Source: Clostridia bacterium
Lineage (GTDB): Bacteria > Bacillota > Clostridia > Oscillospirales > CAG-382
Direction: 5' to 3'
Length of the DNA stretch: 64,000 nt
Assembly: GCA_017537345.1 (NCBI GenBank)
Contig: JAFYKY010000021.1
Location: 18,554-82,553 of the forward strand
Each line of letters opens with the position of its first letter. Within the stretch, counting starts at the first letter, position 1. The position numbers and the translations under genes are program-made. A model generated the notes under the pieces. That model saw only the letters and a list, made by a program, of their open reading frames with translations, did no database searches and had not been told where the DNA came from. Positions 27,922 to 37,795 of this stretch are shown here, piece by piece.

Positions 27922-28844
27922 TGCGTATAGTTTTTATGGGCACACCGGATTTTGCCCTTACCGCCCTTGAAGCAATCTACCAAGCGGGACACGATATCGC
28001 TCTGGTGGTTTCCCAGCCGGATAAACCCTCGGGCAGAGGATACGTTTTAACCCCTTCTCCCGTAAAAAAGTTTGCACTGGAAAAGGGGATAGAGGTTATA
28101 ACCCCCAAGACCATGCGCGATGAAGAAACCGCAAATATTCTCCGCTCCGTAAACGCAGACGTTTTCGTGGTGGCGGCTTTCGGAAAAATTTTGCCGCAGA
28201 ATATACTTGATATCCCTCCTCACGGAAGTATTTGTATACACGCCTCCCTTCTTCCCGCCCTTAGGGGTGCGGCGCCTATAAACCGCGCCGTTATGGAGGG
28301 ACATACGGAAGGCGGTATAACGATAATGTATATGGATGCGGGTATAGATACCGGCGATATTATCCTTCAGCGTTCTATTCCCATAACCGAGAATATGACA
28401 GCGGGTGAATATCACGACGCTATGGCGGTTCTCGGCGGAGAATTGATACTTGAATATCTTTCTCTTGCTTCGGAAGGTAAAGCTACCCGTACTCCCCAGA
28501 CAGAGGAAGGCTCGTCCTACGCCGCAAAAATAGATAAAAAAGAAGCATACGAGGATTTTTCCCGTACCGCAAAGCAGACTCACGACCGTATACGTGGTCT
28601 TGCTCCTTATCCCGGTGCGTATGCTGTTTTAAACGGCAAGCGTATTAAGTTTCTTCAATCAGTTCTCACAAACGGTACGGGTGTGCCCGGCACCGTGCTT
28701 TCTACCGAAAACGGTATAGAGATCGCCTGCAAGGAAGGCAGCGTTACCATAACCCATCTTCAGCCCGAGGGCAAGGGCAAAATGGATTACGCCAGCTTTT
28801 TGCGTGGCAATTCTGTAAAAAAAGGTGATATTTTCAATGTCTGA
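27921..28844 (+). CDS. fmt: Methionyl-tRNA formyltransferase
   Basis: FMGTPDFA, QPD, HASLLP.LRGAAPI and DTGD motifs. Confidence 0.96.
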   Translation: MRIVFMGTPDFALTALEAIYQAGHDIALVVSQPDKPSGRGYVLTPSPVKKFALEKGIEVITPKTMRDEETANILRSVNADVFVVAAFGKILPQNILDIPPHGSICIHASLLPALRGAAPINRAVMEGHTEGGITIMYMDAGIDTGDIILQRSIPITENMTAGEYHDAMAVLGGELILEYLSLASEGKATRTPQTEEGSSYAAKIDKKEAYEDFSRTAKQTHDRIRGLAPYPGAYAVLNGKRIKFLQSVLTNGTGVPGTVLSTENGIEIACKEGSVTITHLQPEGKGKMDYASFLRGNSVKKGDIFNV

Positions 28845-30012
28845 CCCCCGCAAAGTCGCTTTGGATATATTATACCGTATATCTTCTTCGGGAGCGTACG
28901 GAAATATAGGTCTGCTTTCCGCAGATCTGAGCGGTGTCGACCGCGCCTTTTGCACCGAGCTTATAAAAGGCGTGACCGAGCGCAGACGCACCCTTGACAA
29001 TATTATTTCCCGCTACGTAAACAAAACGCCGGACGGAAAAATAACCGAGCTTTTGCGTCTGGGCGTGTACCAGATAATCTTTCTTTCCCGCGTGCCCGAC
29101 CACGCGGTGTGCGATGAATCCGTAAAAACCGCGAAGCAGATAAACCGTTCTTTTGCTGGGTTTGTAAATGCGGTGCTTCGCAGCGTTTGCAGGGAAAAGG
29201 AGAGTATTATAAATTCCCTTTCATCCCTTCCCGAACCGGTGTATTATTCGGTTTCCGAAAGTATATTTGAGCTTATCAAAGAGCAGTATCCCGAAGAATA
29301 CAAAAGTATATTGGAAGCGTTTTATGAAAAACGCCCCGTGTCCGTAAGAGCAAACACCCTTAAAGAAACCCCCTATGTTGACGGAGTAAACGAGCATACG
29401 GATATGGGAGATATCGAAAAAGGACTGTTTTTCGTGCAGGGGCTTTCTTCCCAGCGGGCTGTAAAATCCCTTGACGCCAAGGCGGGAATGACGGTTATCG
29501 ACCTTTGCGCCTGCCCGGGCGGAAAAAGCTTCGGCGCCGCAATAGATATGGGCAATAAGGGAAGAATAATATCCTCGGACCTGCACAAAAACAAGCTTTC
29601 CCTTATAACCAAGGGGGCGGAAAAGCTGGGAATAACCATTATCGAAACAGTAGAGCGGGACGCCCGTGTTACCGACGAAAGCCTTATTGGGGTAGCGGAC
29701 AGAGTTATATGCGATGTTCCTTGCTCGGGACTGGGAGTTATAGGTACAAAGCCGGAGATTCGCTATAAAAACGCTTCGGATTTTGAGGGGCTCTACGCTA
29801 CTCAGGAAAAAATACTGGAAAACGCGCTTTTATACCTAAAAAAAGGGGGCAGGGCGGTGTATTCCACCTGCACGATAAACAAGCGTGAAAACGGCGATAT
29901 AACCGAAAAAGTATTAAAAGACAAAAAGGAATACCGCTTGGTGTCCCAAACCACCATTCTTCCCGGCAACGGGTACGATGGATTTTATATAGCAGTTATT
30001 GAAAGAGATTAA
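28837..30012 (+). CDS. rsmB: 16S rRNA m5C967 methyltransferase RsmB/Sun
   Basis: NusB-like N-domain (GFVNAVLR), DLCACPGGKS, DVPCSG and YSTCT motifs; follows fmt. Confidence 0.9.
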   Translation: MSDPRKVALDILYRISSSGAYGNIGLLSADLSGVDRAFCTELIKGVTERRRTLDNIISRYVNKTPDGKITELLRLGVYQIIFLSRVPDHAVCDESVKTAKQINRSFAGFVNAVLRSVCREKESIINSLSSLPEPVYYSVSESIFELIKEQYPEEYKSILEAFYEKRPVSVRANTLKETPYVDGVNEHTDMGDIEKGLFFVQGLSSQRAVKSLDAKAGMTVIDLCACPGGKSFGAAIDMGNKGRIISSDLHKNKLSLITKGAEKLGITIIETVERDARVTDESLIGVADRVICDVPCSGLGVIGTKPEIRYKNASDFEGLYATQEKILENALLYLKKGGRAVYSTCTINKRENGDITEKVLKDKKEYRLVSQTTILPGNGYDGFYIAVIERD

Positions 30013-30014
30013 AA

Positions 30015-31040
30015 ATGACCGACCTTAAAAGTATGCTTCCCGAGGAGATCAGGGAATATCTTGTGAATATCGGCGAAAAGCCTTTCCGCGCCAACCAAAT
30101 ATTCCGCTGGATATCCGCAGGGGAAACGGATATAGATAATATGACAGACCTTTCCGTATCCCTGCGTGAAAAGCTTAAAAGGGAGTGTACGGTAACAAGG
30201 GCGAAGATCGTTTCAAAGCTTGTGTCGAAAATTGACGGCACGGTTAAATATCTTTTCGAACTTTCGGACGGAGAGAAGATCGAAACCGTATTTATGCGCT
30301 ATAAATACGGAAACACTGTTTGCATATCCACTCAGGCAGGGTGCAGAATGGGCTGTACCTTTTGCGCTTCCCATATAAACGGCTTCCGCAGACATCTCAC
30401 TCCCGCAGAAATGCTGGAGCAGGTAATGGCGGCTATGCGTGATACGGGGGAAAAGGTAAAAGGCATAGTGCTTATGGGCATTGGCGAGCCTCTGGATAAT
30501 TATGATAACGTTTTGCAGTTTTTGCGCCTTGTTCATCATCCCGAGGGGCTTAATATCTCCCACAGACATATATCCCTTTCCACCTGCGGTCTGGTAGATA
30601 AAATAGATATGCTGGCGCAGGAAAAACTGCAGATAACCCTTTCGGTTTCTCTCCACGCGCCCAACGACGATATACGCAGACAGACTATGCCCGTTGCAAG
30701 AAAGTATCCTTACGAAACCCTTATAGATGCTTGTAAACGGTATATAGACGTTACCAACCGACGTATATCCTTTGAATACGCACTTATTTCGGGAGTGAAC
30801 GATTCGGAAAAGGATGCACACCAGCTTGGAAAAGTGCTTTCCGGTATGCTTTGTCACGTAAACCTTATTCCCGTAAACGAGGTAAAGGAAAGAGGGTACA
30901 AAAAGAGCACCCGTGAGCAGGTGGCACGTTTTACGGAAATACTTAATTCATATAAAATAAACACCACAGTCCGCCGTAAGCTGGGCGGAGATATAAATGC
31001 ATCCTGCGGACAGCTCCGCGCGGAGCATAGAGAGGAGTGA
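30015..31040 (+). CDS. rlmN: Dual-specificity RNA methyltransferase RlmN
   Basis: CISTQAGCRMGCTFC radical SAM motif, MGIGEP and DINASCGQL. Confidence 0.96.
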   Translation: MTDLKSMLPEEIREYLVNIGEKPFRANQIFRWISAGETDIDNMTDLSVSLREKLKRECTVTRAKIVSKLVSKIDGTVKYLFELSDGEKIETVFMRYKYGNTVCISTQAGCRMGCTFCASHINGFRRHLTPAEMLEQVMAAMRDTGEKVKGIVLMGIGEPLDNYDNVLQFLRLVHHPEGLNISHRHISLSTCGLVDKIDMLAQEKLQITLSVSLHAPNDDIRRQTMPVARKYPYETLIDACKRYIDVTNRRISFEYALISGVNDSEKDAHQLGKVLSGMLCHVNLIPVNEVKERGYKKSTREQVARFTEILNSYKINTTVRRKLGGDINASCGQLRAEHREE

Positions 31041-31046
31041 TGTGTC

Positions 31047-31814
31047 TTGCGCATTTGCGGCAATACCGACGTAGGTAAGAAAAGAAAGAATAATCAGGAT
31101 TATTTTCTCATATACAACGGAAGAGATTATGTTTCCGCCGTCGTTTGCGACGGAATGGGCGGCGCCGCAGGAGGCAACGTTGCAAGCCGTCTTGCCTGCG
31201 AGATATATCAGGAAACTTTGTCGGCGTCTTTAAAGGGCGTTAACTTATATACTATCACCCGCGAGGATATAATAAAGATACTGCGTCTTTCGGTAGTATG
31301 CGCAAACAAAGCTGTATACGCCAAGGCGCAGACGGATAACGAATGTTACGGTATGGGCACTACGCTGGTTGCGTTCTTTTCCTGCCCTGCAATAAACGTT
31401 GCCGTAAACGTAGGCGACAGCCGTCTGTATACCGTCAGCAACCGTATGGCGATACAGATAACCAAAGACCATTCACTTGTGCAGATGTTGGTGGATAACG
31501 GCGCTTTAAGCGAAAAAGAAGCCCTTTTGCACCCAAAGAAAAACATAATCCTGCGCGCTTTGGGCGTGGAAGATATGATAGAGCCGGATATGTTTTTCAA
31601 TATTGAATTCGATTATATTCTTCTCTGCTCCGATGGGCTTTCCAATTTTGTTTCCAGAAGAGATATGGAAGATATAATATACACAAAATCCCGTTGGGGA
31701 CGTAAAGTGACCGACGAAAAACGGGTAAAAATGCTTATAGATCTGGCGAACAAAAAAGGCGGTACGGATAATATTACCGCAGTTCTCATCGGAAAGGAGA
31801 AATCTGATGAATAA
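31047..31814 (+). CDS. prpC: PP2C-family Ser/Thr phosphatase
   Basis: NQD, CDGMGG, MGTT, VGDSR, CSDGL and GGTDN motifs; precedes prkC. Confidence 0.93.
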   Translation: MRICGNTDVGKKRKNNQDYFLIYNGRDYVSAVVCDGMGGAAGGNVASRLACEIYQETLSASLKGVNLYTITREDIIKILRLSVVCANKAVYAKAQTDNECYGMGTTLVAFFSCPAINVAVNVGDSRLYTVSNRMAIQITKDHSLVQMLVDNGALSEKEALLHPKKNIILRALGVEDMIEPDMFFNIEFDYILLCSDGLSNFVSRRDMEDIIYTKSRWGRKVTDEKRVKMLIDLANKKGGTDNITAVLIGKEKSDE

Positions 31815-33879
31815 CAAATATCAAGGCTTTGTGGGCAAGGTTCTGGACGGCAGATATAAAATTATCGAGCTGTTGGGCGTAGGCGGAATGGCTTTCGTTT
31901 TAAAGGCGGAAGATCTGCTTATGGACCGTACCGTTGCCATAAAGATACTCAACGATGAATATAACGGAGATAAGCAGGCGGAATCCAGATTCATAAACGA
32001 ATCCAAGGCTGTTGCTATGCTTTCCCATAAAAATCTTGTAAATATTTACGACGTTGCCATCTATCCCGATATGAAGTATATCGTTATGGAATATCTTGAC
32101 GGTATAACCTTGAAGGAATATCTGGATAAAAAAGGCGTGCTTTCCTGGAAAGAAGCTTGTCTGTATACCGTACAGATACTCAAAGCGCTGGAGCACGCTC
32201 ACAGCAAGGACGTTATACACAGAGATATAAAGCCCCAGAACATTATTCTGCAAAAGAACGGGGAAGTAAAGGTTACCGATTTCGGTATTGCAAAAACTCC
32301 CCACGAAAACCTTAACGCAGACAGAGAACGGGCGATCGGTACGGTATACTATATCAGTCCCGAGCAGGCTTCCAGCAAGGAAACCACCTTCGCTTCCGAT
32401 ATATATTCCGTAGGCATAATGCTTTACGAAATGGTTACGGGAGTTTTGCCCTTTACCGCGGAAAACCTTATCGAGATCGCGATGATGCAGATAAACGAAG
32501 AACCGGGCAACCCCTGCGATCTTAATCCCGAGCTTCCCTTCGGTGTGGCGCAGATCATTCGCAAGGCAATGGAAAAAGACCCTTCAAACCGTTTTGCATC
32601 TGCTCACAGTATGATAAAAGCCATTGATATGGTGCTTCGTAATCCTACGGTCACCTTTGCTTTGGGTAATGATTACCCCGTAGGCGATGCGCTGCCTTAC
32701 AACGTGGTTCCCATAGATTCCATCGCAACCTCCGAGCTTGAGTATGACGACGTATCCGGCAGAAAAACCGGCGCAGGCGCGGGAAACACCAAAAAACGCT
32801 ACGTTAAAAAGCGCAAAAAGAAAAAGCGTTCCGTGCGGGAAAGCCGTTCAATGCTCCCCGTAGTTGCCGCTATCGCTTTGTCGTTCCTTATGGTTTGCGC
32901 GGCTTGCGGTGTATATTACGCCATTTACGCTTTAAAGCTTACCACCGGACCCGCTACGGGCAACGAAGTGGTGGTTCCCAAATTGGTAGGTCAGGTCTGG
33001 TCGGACGAACTTTCGGATAAGCTTATAAACGGCAATTTCGATAGCTCCGGCGTTAAGTTCAAGGTGCTGGAGGTTATAAAGGTATATAAATCCGGCTACG
33101 GAAACGGAGAGATCATAGAGCAAGACCCCGTTGCCCACCATATCGGCAAACTGCCCGATGGACAGATATTCTTTGAAATAGATTCCATAAAGATAAACGT
33201 AGTGCCCGATGACGTTGCCGTGCCCTATATCCGCGGATACACTTATAAAGAAGCGGAAATAAAGCTTATTGAGATGGGCTTTAAGGTGGAAAAAGAAGTG
33301 GTGTACGATGAATTCGGCTTTGCAAATCAGGTGGTAGGCACCGAGCCTGAATTCGGCACCCTCGTAAGCGCAGGCAGTACCGTAAAGGTATTCGTTTCTA
33401 TGGGTAAGGACTATACCACTACCCAGCCCGTTCCCAATCTTGTGGGTATGACACTTATCGAAGCCCGCGTAGCTCTGGAAAGGGCAAATCTGGCGGTGGG
33501 TGAGGTAACCTATGAATACGACGGTGAGTTTACCAACAAGATCACCTATCAAAGCATAAAGCCGGATAAAGAGGGGCTTGAACCCTTTACCAAAATAGAT
33601 ATAACCATTTCCGGCGCTTCCAACGGCAGCGAATATAACAGAGGCGATATGCCCGATCTGTTTGGATTATCCCAGGAAGAAGCAGAAGAATTCCTTATTG
33701 CTATCGGTCTTGTGCCCAACCGTATAACCGAGATATATTCCGAAGAATTCGAACCCGGCACGGTCTGCGGTCAGAGTATAAAATACGGCTTGCCCGTAAG
33801 CGAGGGTGACAAGGTAGACCTTATAGTATGTGTCGGCTCTGCCGGTGGCGGTTCCGACGTATCTGATTCGGAGGAATAA
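31807..33879 (+). CDS. prkC: PASTA-domain Hanks-type Ser/Thr kinase
   Basis: GVGGMA, VAIK, HRDIKPQN, DFG and SPEQ motifs, one TM helix and about four PASTA repeats. Confidence 0.94.
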   Translation: MNNKYQGFVGKVLDGRYKIIELLGVGGMAFVLKAEDLLMDRTVAIKILNDEYNGDKQAESRFINESKAVAMLSHKNLVNIYDVAIYPDMKYIVMEYLDGITLKEYLDKKGVLSWKEACLYTVQILKALEHAHSKDVIHRDIKPQNIILQKNGEVKVTDFGIAKTPHENLNADRERAIGTVYYISPEQASSKETTFASDIYSVGIMLYEMVTGVLPFTAENLIEIAMMQINEEPGNPCDLNPELPFGVAQIIRKAMEKDPSNRFASAHSMIKAIDMVLRNPTVTFALGNDYPVGDALPYNVVPIDSIATSELEYDDVSGRKTGAGAGNTKKRYVKKRKKKKRSVRESRSMLPVVAAIALSFLMVCAACGVYYAIYALKLTTGPATGNEVVVPKLVGQVWSDELSDKLINGNFDSSGVKFKVLEVIKVYKSGYGNGEIIEQDPVAHHIGKLPDGQIFFEIDSIKINVVPDDVAVPYIRGYTYKEAEIKLIEMGFKVEKEVVYDEFGFANQVVGTEPEFGTLVSAGSTVKVFVSMGKDYTTTQPVPNLVGMTLIEARVALERANLAVGEVTYEYDGEFTNKITYQSIKPDKEGLEPFTKIDITISGASNGSEYNRGDMPDLFGLSQEEAEEFLIAIGLVPNRITEIYSEEFEPGTVCGQSIKYGLPVSEGDKVDLIVCVGSAGGGSDVSDSEE

Positions 33880-33881
33880 CA

Positions 33882-34754
33882 TTGCCTACCGGATTATTGC
33901 TTAAAGGTCAGAAGGGGCTTTACACCCTTTTTGACGGAGAAAAAGAAATTCAATGCCGCGCGGGAAGCCGTCTGCGCAAAAGCGATATGCGGCTTTCTCC
34001 CGGAGATAACGTGGAGTTTACCGTAAATGACGACGGCACGGGATTTATAACAGAAATATTGCCGCGGAAGAACGCTTTTGTGCGTCCTCCCGTGGCAAAC
34101 ATAGACGTGTTCGTTATCGTAACCGCCGCCGCTTCGCCGGATCCCGATATATATTATCTGGATTCCCTTTGCGCCATAGCAACCCTTGCAGGCGCGGAGG
34201 TTATGCTGGTAATAAACAAAACCGATCTTAAAGATCCAAAATACCTTACGGATATATACAAAAAAACTCCTATCAAGGTATTCTGCGTGCAGGCTGTAAA
34301 CGGCGTGGGAGTAGACAAGCTCCGCGACGAATTGCGGGGAAAGACCGCTGTGTTTGCAGGTCCTTCCGGCGCGGGAAAATCCAGCCTGCTCAACGCGCTG
34401 TGTCCCACCCTTTCCGAAGAAACGGGGGAACTTTCCGAACGGCTTATGAGAGGAAAAAACACCACCCGTGTTTCCCGTCTGTTTTTGCTGGAGGGGGATA
34501 TCCGTCTGGCAGACACACCGGGATTTACAATGCTGGATTTCAATGCCTGCGGTGTTACGGATCACAAAAAGGTAATAGATGCGTTTCCCGAAATGCTTCC
34601 CTATACCTGCGATTGCAGGTGGAGGGATTGCGCCCATACCGTAGAGGAGGGCTGCGCCGTTCTCGAGCAGGTGAATAAGGGAACAATACCGAAATCACGG
34701 CACGAAAGCTTTGTGCGCATTTACACAGAGCTTAAACAAAAAACTACTTATTAG
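33882..34754 (+). CDS. rsgA: Small-subunit-dependent GTPase RsgA/CpgA
   Basis: Circularly permuted G motifs NKTD, GPSGAGKSS and DTPG, and a C-terminal C..RDC.H..E.GC zinc finger. Confidence 0.95.
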   Translation: MPTGLLLKGQKGLYTLFDGEKEIQCRAGSRLRKSDMRLSPGDNVEFTVNDDGTGFITEILPRKNAFVRPPVANIDVFVIVTAAASPDPDIYYLDSLCAIATLAGAEVMLVINKTDLKDPKYLTDIYKKTPIKVFCVQAVNGVGVDKLRDELRGKTAVFAGPSGAGKSSLLNALCPTLSEETGELSERLMRGKNTTRVSRLFLLEGDIRLADTPGFTMLDFNACGVTDHKKVIDAFPEMLPYTCDCRWRDCAHTVEEGCAVLEQVNKGTIPKSRHESFVRIYTELKQKTTY

Positions 34755-34765
34755 AGGTGTATAAA

Positions 34766-35434
34766 ATGTTTATCGGTTTTATCAACCTTGCAAACGTAAT
34801 AACATTGGGAGGCTTGTGTTCCGCGGGAATAGCGATGTTTTCTGCGGCAAACCATAATTATTGCCTTGCCCTTACATTCTTTTTGCTTGCGGGCGTTTGC
34901 GATATGACAGACGGCACGGCAGCCCGCCGTACCCCCGGCAGAACCGACCGCGCCAAAGTTTACGGCGTTCAGCTGGATAGCCTTTGCGATATGGTCAGCT
35001 TCGGTGTTACTCCTTGCGTCATCGCGTGGTTTCTCGGATACAATACCTTTTTCGATATTATAGTTTACCTTTTGTTCTTCATAGCATCTGCTACCAGACT
35101 TGCGTATTTCAACACCCTTACAATGGAAAAAGCAGACCTTTCCTCCAAATCTTTTGTGGGAATGCCCATTCCTTTTTCCTGCTTTTCCACAGCGTTTCTT
35201 ATGATGCTGCTGGCAATAGGGGTAGCCCCCTCCGCAATGGCGTGGGCGTTCAGAGCGGTTTACCTGCTGGTTGCTATGCTGTACGTTTTAAGAGTAAAGA
35301 TCCCCAAGCCTCCCTTTAAGGTGGCAATATGCTTCGGCGCTGTGGGACTTTTGATCTACGTTATCACTATGATTCAGTGGAGCGGAAATTCCGTTACCAC
35401 CGCTATCGAAAACTATATAACTCTTACCGCATAA
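34766..35434 (+). CDS. CDP-alcohol phosphatidyltransferase (PssA-like)
   Basis: D..DG..AR...G..LDS..D motif, RLAYFN and FVGMP.P. Confidence 0.85.
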   Translation: MFIGFINLANVITLGGLCSAGIAMFSAANHNYCLALTFFLLAGVCDMTDGTAARRTPGRTDRAKVYGVQLDSLCDMVSFGVTPCVIAWFLGYNTFFDIIVYLLFFIASATRLAYFNTLTMEKADLSSKSFVGMPIPFSCFSTAFLMMLLAIGVAPSAMAWAFRAVYLLVAMLYVLRVKIPKPPFKVAICFGAVGLLIYVITMIQWSGNSVTTAIENYITLTA

Positions 35435-35452
35435 AAGATACCTCAAGAAACC

Positions 35453-35485
35453 TTAAAAACCCGTGAATTATTCACGGGTTTTTAA
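35453..35485. terminator. Intrinsic terminator closing the long operon
   Basis: Perfect 16-bp inverted repeat TTAAAAACCCGTGAAT/ATTCACGGGTTTTTAA. Confidence 0.85.
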
Positions 35486-35506
35486 CATTTTGTACTGCTT
35501 TGCGTA

Positions 35507-35535
35507 TTGACACGGTGTCTTTTGTGTGTTAGAAT
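35507..35535 (+). promoter_or_regulatory. Sigma-A promoter
   Basis: TTGACA-17-TAGAAT with an extended -10 (TG). Confidence 0.7.
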
Positions 35536-35710
35536 GTGGATAGAAGAATCGTTTCTTTCGCACACCAAAGAAAATTTTTTCAAAAAAATATCATAAAATT
35601 TTTAGAGGTTTTGCTTTTAAAGTTCATTGGTTAAGCGCACGATATAATTTGGCTTATCAGTAAATGGGGAATATCATGCAAATTGCAATCATTGAATTTG
35701 AGGTGAGTTT

Positions 35711-36424
35711 ATGAAAAAAATCTTTTCAATCGTTCTTTTCCTTGTTTTAACATTGTCGTCCTGTTCTCTTTTTGGGGAGCAAGGCAATGTGTCGGACACT
35801 GTATCATCGGAAACACCCGATGAATCAAGCGCTGTAATCAGTGAGAGAAAAATTGAATACAGCTCTTATGACCCGTTTCTTACAGCTGATTTTCACGGTT
35901 CCGTTATACAATATGATTTTATTATGGGCGGTGCTTCTGCAAAAGAGAATAATCTTCTTGAGCATAATGATATCAGCGGGTGTATAGCCTTGGTTACCCT
36001 GACATACGTTGATGTTGACAATGCCATAGAAGAATTGCGAAGCGAAGAGTACACAGAAACATATTGTTCCACCCCCGTAACCGTGCGGATTGACCGCGTT
36101 TTATTTGAAAACGATGCCTGCGATTTCACTGCAGGGGAAGATCTAACGTTTTGCGTGAACGACCGCTGGACGGAACAGACTAACGAAAAGAGTTGTGTGG
36201 AATATGATTCAATGTCTTTCCCTATAGCCGAAGCGGGCAGGCAATATGTTGTAAAACTCCAACAAATTGACGGGGAGTGTTACGGCACGGTTTTGTCCTT
36301 CCCTATCAACTCGGACGGAAGCTATACGAAAAATATACTGGAACACAAGGATTCCGATTGCTTCAGAAAAGAACAATGGTCTTTTTCCGATGAGGTTTTA
36401 AAAAGATACGGCATAATTGAATAA
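35711..36424 (+). CDS. Hypothetical lipoprotein
   Basis: MKK plus hydrophobic core and LSSC lipobox, Ser/Glu-rich linker, GAGGTG RBS. Confidence 0.75.
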   Translation: MKKIFSIVLFLVLTLSSCSLFGEQGNVSDTVSSETPDESSAVISERKIEYSSYDPFLTADFHGSVIQYDFIMGGASAKENNLLEHNDISGCIALVTLTYVDVDNAIEELRSEEYTETYCSTPVTVRIDRVLFENDACDFTAGEDLTFCVNDRWTEQTNEKSCVEYDSMSFPIAEAGRQYVVKLQQIDGECYGTVLSFPINSDGSYTKNILEHKDSDCFRKEQWSFSDEVLKRYGIIE

Positions 36425-36429
36425 AAACC

Positions 36430-36459
36430 AAAATCTCCCCGATATTTCGGGGAGATTTT
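36430..36459. terminator. Bidirectional terminator
   Basis: AAAATCTCCCCGA-TATT-TCGGGGAGATTTT. Confidence 0.8.
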
Positions 36460-36530
36460 CTTGGGGTAATTTTTGCCGTAGTGTTTTTCTCTCGGGGTTC
36501 CCAAAAATCCGAAGGATTTTAGGGGTATCC

Positions 36531-37370
36531 TTATATTTCTACTTCCATTCCGTCGTATGAGGTTAAAAATCCGTCCTTTGCCGCAATGGGTACAAGCTCA
36601 TCGTATATAGCGCCGCCGTTATGGGAAAAATGGTTAACGCAAAGCTTGGTGCTTTCATCAATAATACCTTTTTCCCGCATCATATCTGCGGTTATCTTGC
36701 AGGTGTCCAGTCCCAGATGTCCGCCGGAGCCGGGCAGGGTAACGAAGGTACAGTCAAGAGAAACGAAATCCGCTTTAATCTTATTGTTTTCAAGATATTC
36801 CCAAACGTCGTCATACAAAAGACCCGTATCGTGAAGATACAGTAAGGTCTTGCCGTTTTCTTCTATAATATAACAGCAGGCGTTGTTTTCGTCCAGCGTG
36901 TGATTAGCGCGGACAGGCGTTACCTTGTACTGACCGAATTCATAAGTAACGTAATTTTCCAAAACCATAGGGGTTATGTATTTACATCTGCGCTCATCGG
37001 AAAAACGGCCGAAATAGTTTTCGTAAGCGTCTATAACCCGCTTGGGCCCCGCAAGAATAAGCTTTTCTTCCGTTAAGTTATGGGCGTAATAAGCATCATC
37101 ACGGAAAGCAAGGTCAAGGGGCGCGAAATGGTCGGAATGGGGATGGGTAACAAGCAAAAACTTAATTGCGCTGTAATCAATATTGTTCATAAGCATATGC
37201 ATATTCGCATCCGGCGGGAAATCAATAAGCATATCGGAATTGATCAACGCTTGTGAACGGGTGCGTATGTTTTTACCGCCTGCAGCCCTTGCTCTGTCAC
37301 AATGGGGGCATCTGCAGAATACGGCGGGCCAGCCTTCTGCCGCCGCAGTACCGAGATAACGAAGCTTCAT
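36531..37370 (-). CDS. Metallo-beta-lactamase-fold hydrolase (PhnP-like phosphodiesterase)
   Basis: LGTAAA.G.P..C.C..C, THPHSDH, DTG, HFSHN and YDGM motifs. Confidence 0.82.
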   Translation of the reverse strand: MKLRYLGTAAAEGWPAVFCRCPHCDRARAAGGKNIRTRSQALINSDMLIDFPPDANMHMLMNNIDYSAIKFLLVTHPHSDHFAPLDLAFRDDAYYAHNLTEEKLILAGPKRVIDAYENYFGRFSDERRCKYITPMVLENYVTYEFGQYKVTPVRANHTLDENNACCYIIEENGKTLLYLHDTGLLYDDVWEYLENNKIKADFVSLDCTFVTLPGSGGHLGLDTCKITADMMREKGIIDESTKLCVNHFSHNGGAIYDELVPIAAKDGFLTSYDGMEVEI

Positions 37371-37458
37371 ATTACAAAAACCTCCCGTGTTTTTTCTTGG
37401 TGTGGTTACATTATAACTTAAATAATTTAAAAATACAATAAAAAATGTAAAAAAGGTA

Positions 37459-37487
37459 TTGCATTTAGTGTTTTTTTATGGTATACT
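37459..37487 (+). promoter_or_regulatory. Sigma-A promoter of rpmE
   Basis: TTGCAT-17-TATACT with an extended -10 (TG). Confidence 0.7.
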
Positions 37488-37516
37488 TGCTCGGTGAGAA
37501 AGTGAGGTATAATGAC

Positions 37517-37717
37517 ATGAAGCAGGCTATTCATCCTGAATACAAGGAAACCGTTGTTAAATGCGCTTGTGGCGAAGAATATGTTACTAAGTCTACAAAA
37601 CAGAATTTGAAGGTTGATATATGCTCTAAGTGCCATCCGTTCTATACCGGCAAGCAGAAGCTTGTTGATAGCGGCGGACGTGTAGATTCCTTTAAGAAGA
37701 AGTACAACCTTAAGTAA
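37517..37717 (+). CDS. rpmE: 50S ribosomal protein bL31 (zinc-binding form)
   Basis: [23 protein letters not shown] and GGRV motifs. Confidence 0.97.
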   Translation: MKQAIHPEYKETVVKCACGEEYVTKSTKQNLKVDICSKCHPFYTGKQKLVDSGGRVDSFKKKYNLK

Positions 37718-37739
37718 TTTAAAGCATTTTCATTCGCAT

Positions 37740-37768
37740 AAGGACAGCGGCTACCGCTGTCCTTTTTT
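37740..37768 (+). terminator. Intrinsic terminator after rpmE
   Basis: AAGGACAGCGG-CTA-CCGCTGTCCTTTTTT. Confidence 0.85.
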
Positions 37769-37795
37769 ACTTCTTTACGTAAGGAGGAAATGATA

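Noticed and set aside
35540-35710. Possible riboswitch or tRNA in the long leader
   Set aside because: I could not find the conserved cores of purine, SAM, c-di-GMP, c-di-AMP or T-box elements, nor a cloverleaf.
36494-36530. Second hairpin CCCAAAAATCC-GAA-GGATTTTAGGG
   Set aside because: It is an imperfect single copy next to the MBL stop codon. It is most simply a 3' stability or terminator hairpin.
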